Assembly (NCBI GenBank): GCA_964252035.1
Contig: OZ176216.1
Reading direction: 5' to 3' (one strand)
DNA: 64,000 nt
From: Podarcis erhardii
Taxonomy: Eukaryota
Of the stretch, positions 39,119 through 50,800 are shown in pieces. The notes under the pieces are model-generated. The model was given only the letters and a program-made list of their open reading frames with translations. It searched no databases and was not told the DNA's origin. The translations under genes and the position numbers were made by a program. Numbering within the stretch: the stretch's first letter is position 1; the number at the start of each line of letters is the position of its first letter.

Positions 39119-39276
39119 CTAGAACTTTGCTTCAGAATGAGAACAGAAATCATGCGGCGGTAGCACGGTGGCAGCGGGAGGCCCCATTAGCTAAAGTGGT
39201 GCTTTAGGTTAAGAACAGTTTCAGGTTAAGAACAGACCTCTGGAACGAATTAAGTTCTTAACCTGAGGTACCACTG
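39119..39276 (+). mobile_element. Truncated copy of the MITE family at 18071
   Basis: Matches the right part of 18071-18296 and ends taacctgaggtaccactg+ta. Confidence 0.85.
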
Positions 39277-41029
39277 TACTTCTTTTTCTCTGCCCTGAAT
39301 CTCCCACCATGCAGCTTCTTCGGATGACCCTGGGTTCTAGTACTGTATTATGAGAGAGGGTGTTAGCTGTTCTTGCTTTTCCATTCACCCGCAAGTGATG
39401 AATGAAGCCTTAACAATTACTAACTGATGACTGAAATACTTTTAAGATGCTACAGATAGATAATGGACAAGGGCTGCAATCCACACTTTGCTGGAGGGGA
39501 AATTTAGCAGCAAAGAAAAACAGCATTCTACATCTTGCAACTTGCACAATGAAACTTAATACACAGGGAGTAGGAACAAATATTTTCCTCCAGCAATATT
39601 TCAAATTCAAAAAAAGTCAAATAACAAATCTAATTTACAGTAAGCTAAGCTGTCTGTTTATGGTACAGAACAGAGTTGGCAAAGAACCTCAAGGAAAAAA
39701 CTCTGAAATCTGCTTGCTATAGAATAATTGCACTGGACTTTACTGCATCTATCCCAGAGCAGGTTGCTATAAATTAGGAGGAAACAGAGAGTCCATTATA
39801 TGTTGCTTGAAAATAAATTATCTTTACTGAACATGTGGTCATTCTTCTAACCTGTTATCAGCATACACAAAAGCAGAATTCTGATCTTTCAGCATAAATC
39901 CCAAGAGTATTTTTCTGGTGGACATTTAGATTTCTCATAAGCATATATTTAGTAATAAGAATAACCACAACTACACTAGATTGGAATCTCACTAGAGAAA
40001 ATCTATCAGGGATTTCCCTGAATGTCAGACTTTCAGTATTCCTCTTTACAAAGTGTTTCTCAAGCCAAAGCAGCCCTTTGCTCACAGTACCTTTACTCTG
40101 TTGGTCCTGAAGGCAGGGTATGCAGAGAGTGGTTGCCTTCCAGTAACAACAGGCCAATTAATTCATTTGAACTTTTTACAGCAACGCAAACATTCTCCCC
40201 CTGCCCCATCTTTCTCATGTTTACTGCATTCCCATGTCATTCCCCATCACAGTCCTTCCTTGCACATTTTTGCAGATAAATATGCATATTTATTCAAGTG
40301 GAACACACTGAGTTGTATGCAGTGTTAGTCATACTCAGGGAATAGACCCATTGAAATGAAAGGACATGATTCAGATCCACTCATTTCAATGGGTCTACCC
40401 CGAGTAAAATGTCATTGGCAACAACCCTAACATAATATTTCATCCAAGTATCAGCCACAGTAGTGGATTTTTAGAAAAATAACATCTACATCAAAAAGGG
40501 TTCAGCTTCAGTAACAAATAATATTTCAATAGATTACAAGAGATGTGGATCCCCATTTAGAACCCCATTAGTATAAGCACTTAATGAATAAGACAGTTTC
40601 CACCATCGTCTTGACATGTTAGAATACAATATACATTACAATAATCAATCCAGAAGATGGGGATGTGTTTATGGTGCATGTGCATGAGGGAGGGAGACTT
40701 GGGTAACAATTACGTAAGAAGATTTTATAAACATCTTAAAATTAGGGCAGTTCTAAGAGGCTGCAGTGAGAACTCTCAGTGTCAGCGCCCATTCAAAAAC
40801 AACATTAGTCTTAAAGAAGGAGTGGGGGAGAAGAGAAGGGATGAAATGCTGAAAGCACAAGATATCCCACAGGGCATTAGTTTTTTAAAACGTCTGTTCA
40901 TCAGTTTACTGTTAATGTGATGGACTGGAAGAAAATGGTATCTACAGATGTTCCCCCATGCTTAGCGCTCAGTATTTAAGGTGAAATGATAATGCCATGG
41001 CGTTTTGCAGGTTATCAAAAAGGCAGCTC

Positions 41030-41630
41030 CCTGGCAATCTAAAAGGGCTGGCAATCTGGAAGTTCAACATAGGAGAGACAATATATCAAGGGGTGGTTAA
41101 TGGAGGTGAGTGTAAACAAGGGAAGGATGCATGCCATTTGGTTACATGTATTTAGCAGGGGCTCAGGACAACCCCCAACGGCATCCCAGGAAAGGTGGGT
41201 CATAGACAATGGCAGATATACACTTGGACCCAAGAGCAGAGAGAGAGGAGGGTCAAGGCCACAGGGGGCTGTAAGTATGTATGAGGAGTTTGTGCCAGAA
41301 GCGTTAGCAAGCCAGCATTCAGATTGAGGGAGGGGTGTCACATGGTTTGATTGACAAGAGAAATTATTTTGGCGGTAGAGCTCTGGATAGGGCTGAGACA
41401 TGACAAGTGAAGGGCAAAGAGAAGGCTGCAGTTGACCAGGTGGAATATGAATGAAGTGTGAGCCAGAGTTTTCCCTGAGGCGGAAGAAGAGGAAAGGGCA
41501 GTAGTAGTTTTGGAAGGCTCTGCAGAGGGAAGCAACACAACGTAACAGACTGGATATGGAGAACAAAAAAGAGAGGGGATTTAAAGGAAGGAACCAAGGG
41601 TTTCTGCTTGGTCAACAGGGTAGATGGTGA
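41030..41630 (-). mobile_element. Ancient L2 LINE ORF2 fragment
   Basis: Purine-rich + strand with L2-typical ggtttctgcttgg...ggtagatggtg; decayed, no intact ORF. Confidence 0.55.
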
Positions 41631-43396
41631 CTACTGCAAGTGCATGAGAAAAGGAAGGCTTCAAAAGAACATATATGTGTTGGACATATATGCCCAATTA
41701 TTCTCTAAACAGAGTGGCTGTATTACAGACACTAAACGGATGCAAAACCTATGAATCCCACTGAATTGAGCTGAACTTCCAACCCGATAAATATGCTGTA
41801 TGTGTGACCATACACAAAGTGCTGTCTTCCCCCATTATATAGATATTATTGATAGAGCCACCCTTATTTATGCTCCTGTGGGTAGAAGGGACTGAAGCCA
41901 CTCTGACATAAAACACACACAGCAAGTGAAAACACTGACCTGGCTTCCATGTCACACTAAAACCACAGTTTAAAGCAAACAATGGTTTACACTATAAAAG
42001 TGCTGGTTTAATGTGATGTGAGATGCTGGTAAGTTACATTAGTCGTACAAGAAACAGTATCACATATACTGAAAAAGAAAAGTGGATTGTGGGCTAGTCC
42101 TTTTGAAGTGGGGTATCTAGTTGTGTTATGCAAGTTGCTCACCTGTTTTGCCAACCACAAGTATAAAGCTTATACATCTTTCAAATACCTAAAGTTTCCT
42201 TAATGAATCATCTTAACCGACTTTCTCTTAATAATAGGACCTACACAATAAATTACAACTAAAAGTATTCTACTTGTAGAGTGTAATTTCAAAGCAAAAC
42301 CAAGGCCAACATGTGCAGCATTATGCTGAATAAATTGTTTGCATCGCCATGAACACATCTCAAGCTTTGCAGCAATAATTTGCTGACTACTTCAGAAAGT
42401 TTCCTTAATTCTCTCTCTGCTCACTCTGTAAGACACAACAAAGAGCTTTGTCAACAGCACTACTCATCGCTGCCTTCAGCTTTCAACAACTGAAAGAAAA
42501 TTCATTTGTTGTTTCTTTCAAACAACTTCAAGTTCTTATTTTCTTTGCAACGAGGTGTTATTTTGCAAAGTGTAAAGACAAATTACCTAAGTCAACCTAT
42601 GTGGTGGCAGGCACTAAATCCTGCTTTTTCCCAAGAAATAACATACACAGAGAGCACACATACGCACCAGCCATGTGACACATCTTTGCTAAATAACCAT
42701 TGCCTACTCCGATATCCTGTGCAGATTTTTTTTTTAAGGGAGCAAAGGTGTGGTTGGGTAGCAGCTTCTTGTATTCCTGGTTCAGCACTTCAGCAATAAC
42801 CTAGAAGTGAAGGAAGCATTGCTCTAAGGAGCAGGTTCTCCTGAGGTCAAGGTTCTCTGCAGAGGCTTAGACCTAGTACAAGCCTGCAATGCTCAAACCA
42901 ATTGCTTCCCCACCCCACCCCCTCGTCATAAGAACAGGCAGAGAACCAAGGTCAAGCAGAGTGAAAAAAAACGCATGCATGTGTATGTATATACACACAG
43001 AAAGACAAAGATCTCCTTTAGGGGTTTTAAGCAACAACTAATAAACACACAGGAGCACAGGAATCTGCCTTATCCAGTCAGACCATCAGTCCATCTACCT
43101 CAGGATTGTCTACTACACTGACAGGCAGCAGCACTCCTGGGTTTCAGACAAGGGTCTCTCTCACCCATCCCTGCAGATGCCAGGGACTTGAACCTGAGGT
43201 CTTTTGCATGCAAAACAGATGCTCCATCACAGCTCTTCCCCAATTGAAATATCTGAAAAGATTAATCTGCAGCAGACCAAAGGTTGTTTTTCAAGAAGAT
43301 TAAAAAGGAAATAAATCTGTGTTTCAACTACAGATTAGTATACCTATGACTGGAATACCCAAAATGGGCATACTATTTTCACACGTTAGTAAACAA

Positions 43397-43723
43397 GTGG
43401 GACGTGGGTGGCACTGTGGTCTAAACCACTGAGCCTTGCTAGGTCCCAGCTCCTGCCAACCTAGTAGTTCAAAAGCACGCCAAGAAGTACAAGTAGATAA
43501 ATAGGTATCGCTGTGGCAGGAAGGTAAACGGCGTTTCCGTGTGCTGCTCTGGTTTCGATGTTCGGTTGCACCCGAAGCGGCTTAGTCATGCTGGCCACAT
43601 GACCCGGAAAAACTGTCTGCAGACAAACGCCGGCTCCCTCGGCCTGTAAAGCAAGATGAGCGCTACAACCCCAGAGTCGTCTGCGACTGGACTTAATTGT
43701 CAGGGGTCCTCTACCTTTACCTT
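43397..43723 (+). mobile_element. Sauria SINE with internal deletion
   Basis: tRNA-like head gggacgtgggtggcactgtggtctaaacc, (accttt)n tail, 11-bp TSD ttagtaaacaa (43386-43396 / 43724-43734). Confidence 0.92.
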
Positions 43724-45142
43724 TTAGTAAACAAATATTTCTTTCACTGAGAAGGAGCCAGGAAGTTACGGTAACTACATTAGCTTTATTGATGTACTAT
43801 TTCTGATTAGCATTTTAAAAAACCCACGAACTGTTGCTTAATACCAATCTACAACAGTGGACAGAGAAGATAAATAAAACATCACACTCTATACACCTCT
43901 CCATCATTGATGCTCATATTGTATATTAACAGAGAAGCTTATTGCTTGTGTTTTGCTTATTTGTACAGATTGCCAGAAATATTTTATTGAACTGACATGA
44001 TCAGAGAGCCTTCTACAAAGAGGAAGCAAGTCAGGGGTCCTTCATTGATGAAGTCTATGCAACAAACTCCTAGCATTATGGTACAGGTTGTGATGATTAA
44101 CATAATGGTGACTTGAATTAATTTGAATTAATGATGTTTATCTATATACACAGTGAAGTACACTTTGAATTTAACAAGGTGTTTTTTTAATGCTAATTAT
44201 TTAAAATAGCCTTTGAAAGCATTTTGGAAAAATATATCTGCCACATACTTTGGGAATAGAAATTCTCTTTTCCTTTTAAAATATACTTAATTAACTAGAC
44301 ATGGGTATTCTAGCTTGAAAAATACACTTTTATAAGCAGTATTGTATAAACACAGGGCTCTGATACTAATACCAAGATAGGAATTTCCCTGCACAAAAGC
44401 TCAGATGAATTCACACAAAAAGCATTTGCTTTTAATGTAAATGAAGGGAGATGATGTAATGATGGCTGCAAGCCCTGCTTCTGTTTGTAATAATCTCATC
44501 GTAAGATCTGATTAATGGTTTTACTTACAGATTTTAGTCAAACAGGTTATGTAATTGCAGTGGGCCAAACAGAGCTGGCCTAGAAAATTTAATTTCTCAA
44601 TAGCGACAGGTTTGGGAAGCCTCAAACTAAGCAGGGCAATTTTGACAGGATTAGTTCATTGACATGCTGTCAGAAAAGCATCTTTCCTTGCACCCTCACA
44701 TTTTTTGCTTATTGTGTCCTTTTCCATTCACCAGATGAGCTATGAAGACCAGACAATTTATCAGACACAAACTTTGAATTAGGGGATGCGAAAGATAGGA
44801 AATGTCCATTTTCCCACCAAGCAAATGTCTAAGTGTTGCATCTGTACTTTTTCACCAAAAATATCAATTTTGACTCGATTAGATGAACCTCAGCTCTGCA
44901 AATTCCTCTTCTTGATTCCACCAACTCCCCCTGCCAATGTTTACTTCCTTGCCTATACCCCAGGCAGTGAAAACATTGCCAAGTTAGGGAAGAAAGAACG
45001 TCTTTGAAAGAGGATCCACTGCTAGGCCACTATCTGCCTCTCTCTACAATGCGAGCACCCTGGCCGTGCTGTAGACTGAAGCTTCCAATAAGTACATATG
45101 GCAGTTCAAACAGTAATGCTAGGGCCATTTCTACATTTTCCA

Positions 45143-45298
45143 TACAGGCAGCTGTGTTAGTCTGTAGCAATAAAAACAACACAGTCTTGTGACACCTTAA
45201 AAGTTAACAATTTTTATTACAGCCTAAGCTTTCCTGGGCTAGAACCTATGCAACAAAATTGTTAGTCTTTAAGGTGCCACAATACACTGTTGTATTTT
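45143..45298. mobile_element. Old Penelope-like inverted-repeat relic
   Basis: Begins tacaggcagctgtgttagtctg (compare tacagataggtagccgtgttggtctg). Arms about 45172-45214 / 45254-45298 contain (g)caccttaaa / tttaaggtgcc. Confidence 0.7.
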
Positions 45299-45768
45299 CT
45301 ATACCTGTGATGAAGCACTCAGGCCTGCTGTTTGTGGCTTCTTGGCCCTGAAAGCGCTTGAAATATGTAGTGTGTAGCAGGGATGTCACAGCTAGTATTC
45401 AGAGTGCCTTCGCACAGCTTAAGCTTGTGCATCAGCTGGAGAAGCCAGGTCAAGTCAGGTCATTATTAGGCATGACATGAGCCTCTTGGTTCCAGCAGTT
45501 CCTGGTATGATTTGGCAGCCAGAGATGCAGGAGGAAGGAGCCGAGTTCCTCCCCTTGTGTCTATAGATGTCGGAGGAGGAAGCATATCTGCCAGCTCTCT
45601 CCCCCGCCCCTTCTGCCAAGCACAGAGACTCACTGGGGGGGTGCTGAACAGGAGGTGGCAAGAGCTGGGGGCAGAGGGGCATCAAGAACCAGCTGCCATG
45701 TTCAGGTGACATTGGAAGCACACACCCAGAGCAAGTGTGTATGCTTGCAAGTAGCAGACTCACAGGCA

Positions 45769-45921
45769 TAGCTGTCAACCTTCCCTTTTTTTTTGCGGGA
45801 AATTCCCTTATTCCAGCGCCGTTTCCCGCTGCTATCCCGCATTGTTAGATATCTCGTAGACTGTCCCCGGGACAGGTGAGGCTGCTGATCCCTTATTTTC
45901 TAATCTGAAAGTTGACAGCTA
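45769..45921. mobile_element. MITE with TIRs tagctgtcaac / gttgacagcta
   Basis: TIRs and CpG richness. TSD not resolved. Confidence 0.75.
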
Positions 45922-48761
45922 TGCTCATAGGAAAGGAGAGTCCTGCATGCTGGGTGGGGAGTGTCAACTGTCAGGGTATCTCCATAGCTTCCATTCAGTT
46001 ATGAAACTCTTGCCTTGCTCATGTATCTTGGAATCTTGATTTCTGGACCTTGTACTTGCTGCTGCGGAGCCTGTACAAATATATTTTCCTTACTTTCAAC
46101 CGAAATATTTTTGCCTGCCTGGAATGTGTCCTTGCATTCTGATGATGCCTCCTGCTTGTCCGAATGGAGCAAAGAGAGGCACATGTTAACGTACTGTACA
46201 AAGGTAAAATGTATGTAAATTGCTGTGTCCACTTTTGCCCCTACTGACATGGGGCTCCCAGAAGAGAATGTAGCCCTTGAGCTGAAAAAGGTTTTCCATT
46301 GGTGTGCTACATGATTACATAGACAATGTTAAATGGCTGTCTTTTCCCACCTGGACCAGCCCACTCTTTGAGTTTGTCATCTTCCTCCACATGCTGCTGA
46401 ACTGGCCAGGATGCAGGACCAGCACTTTTGCTGTAGTGTTAGAAACTCATATATATATAAGCTAGGCACCAAATGGCTCCTTAAAACAGGGCGACAGTTG
46501 CCAAACAAATTTCTAGTTGCCATTTTGGGGCCAGACAACTTTTTGGTTCCTGAAATTATTTCTGATTGTGCAGATAAAATATCAGGGGTAGAATTCTACA
46601 GAATGTCTTGTTAGTGTGAAAACATTCAAGATCCAAGGATCCCAAGCATATGCCTCCTGGCTCCAGGGCATCTTCATTTGGTCACAAGTGGCCATTAGCC
46701 AAGTGCAAAATGTGCCTGGCGCCTGGTCAAATTTTGTACACTGCCCACAGGTTGTGGAATTCTCTTCCACCAGGAGTCTAATTAGTCACCTTATTATTGG
46801 TATTCAGATAAGCTTTTAAGACCTTTTTACTCCACTGCAATTCATTAGTTTCCCTTGTCTTTTATGTCATGACTCTGTCCTGCGAAATTCTGTTCCAGTT
46901 CTCATTTTATCCTTTATGTTTTATTATTGCAGACTGCTTTTATTGGCATTGTGAGCTGCCTTGTAGGTCTTTGGGCCAAAAGGCAGAGTTGAAATATTTT
47001 AAAAGGAAATAAATACTGGGGACACTAAAGAGCCAGATAAACAGGCTGATGTTTGACATTCCAACTTTACATCATGTTCCTGTATCAGAATTGTTCTGTT
47101 TCGGGCTATGGTTCCTGCCTAAAATCATCAATATACATTTATTTAGCATCTATAATGCATTAGATGCTACACCAGAAACAGAAACATTAAAATACAGACA
47201 GGGACAAAGGCAGAACTATAGGTTAGGCTGTGATGAAGGCATAGCAAAGATTGCTGCTGAAGGAGGTTGCAAGGCAATTAAAACCTAGCCTGACCATTTG
47301 CTTTAGGAAACCAAGCTTCCAAATGCTGTTGGTGCTTTTCAGCTTTCAGTAGTATATATAAAATTTCCAGCTGGGATAGAACTGTTGGGTGTTAACTTGT
47401 ATTACAAGTACAATTGAACAGGATTCTAGACAGAAGCCAACTAGAAGGTGCTGATGACAAGCAGCTACTGCTCACCACAGGCATTTTTACATACCAGCTG
47501 GACCTTGCTCTTAAGGAGATTTGGAAGAGCCGACTGCAAGATAATAATTTAAGCTGCAGCTTTTCTCCAAGGATGACGGCTTGCTTATTAGGGATATTGT
47601 AAGACCAAGTGAAAGAGCCGATTTACCAATATATGCAGGGGGGGAAGACATCTTAAGGGGGAAACACAAAGCAAACCTCTAGCAACCATGTTTAGTCATA
47701 CACTTAACCTGCAGCCTTCTGATGGATGGTATGTAAGATTAAAAAAATAAACAAATTCAGTATAAAGAGGAAATACTGTACTTGATATGTACATTTTCCA
47801 ACTGTACACTCGAAAATCAGTGACTGGACCTTCCTTTGGCCTGGCTTATTAGCAATCTTCCATTGTTTCTCAAGACAGACGGATGCCAACAAGTTACAAC
47901 ACGTACGAACCCTGCCAAGCAGCTTAACCATGGTTTGTTTACAGCCAGCAAACCGCAATCTGAAGCCATAGTATCTTGTTGAGGAGAATTAGCAAGGCCA
48001 AATTTTCCCTATCTCTCTCCCAACATACAGGGCAACCAAAGCAGCTGCTGTGCCAAAACAGTGCCTGATCAATTTTAACTATGATTTGGCACTGTGTTTG
48101 AACCCAGTGCCCTGTGACCACCGATGACACTTAATAAACTACAAAGGCATGAAGCAATAGCAGCTAGAAAGTCAAGTCTGGAGAATCAAGCCACTGTTTG
48201 TTTGTTTGTGGTTAACTTGTGGTATGTAAATAAATGGTGGCTTAAACAAACCATAACATCCTGTTATGTATAAACCAGCTAGTTGGTTTGTTGCATCTAA
48301 ACTTCTTTTCCTTAATATTTTATTCTGAGAAGCCTCAATGCTGCTTTACACTTATATTACAGGCACATTTCACCTTCCTTATGTAGTTTTATTTAGGGTA
48401 ATTCGGCAGAAACTAGAAATCTCCTCAGACCTTAGAGAGAACAATAGCTGGAACAAAGAGGCCTTTCACTTGGAAGCAAAACAGTTTCCTGTATCAGCAG
48501 CACGCTCCTATGTGGAGTAGCCAAACATGTGGAAGAATTTGGAATAAGCCAATATTGCAAAGCACATCAACTGACAAAAGTGTTTTTCAAATAGTGGGCC
48601 AAGATTTTCAGGTGGGCCTCAGTGCTACTGCCTGTCGAATACCTCCTCATGTGCCTGCCCCATTTCCTGGTCATGCCATAGCCTTCTGGCTGGGTCAATG
48701 CAAGCACCAAAAACTTGGTGGGGGAGGATAGTAGGGTAAGATGGAAGGAATTAGGAAGTGA

Positions 48762-49338
48762 ATGATTGAATTTACTTTATTTGGTCACAGACCAGCATAA
48801 GCAAAACATCTAAATAAATAGTATGAATCTAAGCGAATAATTATTAAATAAATGAGAGCAAAAACCAACCATGAATCAGAACATATACATAGAATACTTG
48901 ATTAAGCATAAATAATGGGTGAATTAAAACTAATAAGAAGAATTTTAAAAGACCAGTTAAAACAGCTATACAGAATCTGGGGACTGAATATGTGACTTGT
49001 GGGCTTTTGTCTTGTAGTAATAGGGAGATGCTGTGTTGTTCTGATCGCCCTAGGAATCTATATAGGATGGGCTGGATAAACCTGGCTCGAATGTCTATAT
49101 AATACTGGCATTGAAGAAGGGCATGCTCCGTTGTTTCCTGTTGCCCAGAGCCACATGGGCATTTCCTTTCCTCATATGGTATCTTCCTATAATGGCCTTC
49201 CTGAATTGCTGAAGGGAGGGCCTGACAATGGGCCAAGGTGAAAGACCTTCGCTGTTTTGGTATTTCAAGATTAGCTACGTATGGCATTTGGGAAGTCAAG
49301 TATCTTCTAGTTTCACTAATTAGAATTTTTGGGGACCT
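48762..49338 (-). mobile_element. 5'-truncated non-LTR retrotransposon end (RTE-X-like) encoding a CCHC zinc knuckle
   Basis: ORF 48844..49299 reads ERKCPCGSGQQETTEHALLQCQYY. 3' tgctggtctgtgaccaaataaa. 15-bp TSD ggaattaggaagtga (48747-48761 / 49339-49353). Confidence 0.8.
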
Positions 49339-49407
49339 GGAATTAGGAAGTGAGATAAAAGAATAACCATCACCTGGGAAGAAGAGGAAAGTTGTTTTTA
49401 TTTATTC

Positions 49408-49446
<39 letters not shown>

Positions 49447-49480
49447 ATCTATCTATCTACCTACCTACCTATCTATCTAT
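49408..49480. repeat. (ATCT)n/(ACCT)n compound microsatellite
   Basis: Direct reading. Confidence 0.95.
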
Positions 49481-49487
49481 TTTCTAT

Positions 49488-49720
49488 ACTGGTGGCCTCT
49501 AAGCTGTGGAATGCTCTTCCCACAAAGCTGTTTCTGGCACCTTCCTTATACAGCTTTTGAAGAATGCTGAAGATGCAGCTCTTTACCCTGGCTTTTAATA
49601 CTTGGGGTATATGTTTTTGGTTGCAAGTTGTTTTAAATTGTTTTTAATATTGCGTTTTAATGCTACAACCTGCCCTGGGACATTAGGGTGAAGGTGGGAA
49701 ATACATACATAAATACATAC
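49488..49720 (+). mobile_element. L2 LINE 3' end
   Basis: ggtggcctctaagctgtggaatgctcttccc (VA-P-LWN-LP) ... acaacctgccctggg...ggtgggaaatacatac tail. Confidence 0.75.
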
Positions 49721-50675
49721 TGTACATAAAATGGGAGGCTGACTCAGGAACCCCAGAACAAAATTCCCAGGTACTGAATGACAATCTGAAGGTCTGGGAA
49801 TGTTTGGTGTTGGTATCCCTAAAACTGAAAAACACTGCAAGCTATGTTCTCTTACATAAATTTCTGGACCATGACGATACCAGTTTTCATTCTGATTAAA
49901 TGTGGAGTAGGAATGACATATTTAAATATTCAAGGCAGGCTGGTTTAACTCAATATATCTGATCTGATGTTTTTACTCTGATTACGTTTATTCCTTTTTT
50001 TTACTGTGTTACTGTATTTTATTCTTAGAAATAACTTCAGGTCACTCAGTTGTGGGAAGCAATAAAAGTAATTAGCACTTGGATTAATGGATACAATAAG
50101 CAGTTAAACTGGACAGTTTCATAGTCGCAATTAACGTCTTTTCAGATAACTATGCACCTAAGAAATATCCCTATTTCAATGAAGTCTTGGTGGCAGCGGG
50201 GCATGTTGCTTTACTAGTTCTTATTTTTTTAAAAAAGCGCTGTGCACAGTCCAACTACAGACCACTTGTAAAAGCAAAGCTGAGGACAGAAATTCTCTGC
50301 TCTGAATCTTGGCCAAAAGCAACATGTTCCACTGTCAACAGGGATTCACACTGTAAAATAATTTTTAAGTCCATAACAGCACAATCACAGTATTATTCAG
50401 ACTCAATTCAATGTCTTATGAGACTGACATGCTAAGGATTTCTGACGGGGAAAGAAGTTGACCATTCTGACCCTGAGGGCATTGTATAAAAACAGCATAA
50501 CCATAGCAAACAAGTATTGGTTAAATTTCATTTGGAGTAATGGGGGAAACCACATAAATGGGACCTCATATATTCCTTGCCCATTTGCTTCATGTACACC
50601 CCTCTTATGGTTCCCTCATTTCTATGACCAAATAACCAAGCTATTGAATAATTATGGAATTTGCTACCACAAAAT

Positions 50676-50800
50676 ATAGTGCTGGCCACCAGCTTGGAGA
50701 GCTTTAAAAGGGAATTAAACAAATCACAGAGAAGCAGTCAAAGACTACCAGCCATGATAGCTACGTTCTCTACTTCCACTGTCAGAGGCAACATGCCTTT
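50676..50800 (+). mobile_element. CR1 3' fragment
   Basis: tggccaccagcttggagagctttaaaagggaattaaacaaatc...cagccatgatagcta. Confidence 0.65.

Noticed and set aside
41039-41566. 175-aa minus-strand ORF
   Set aside because: It lies in a decayed L2 fragment and is not a host gene.
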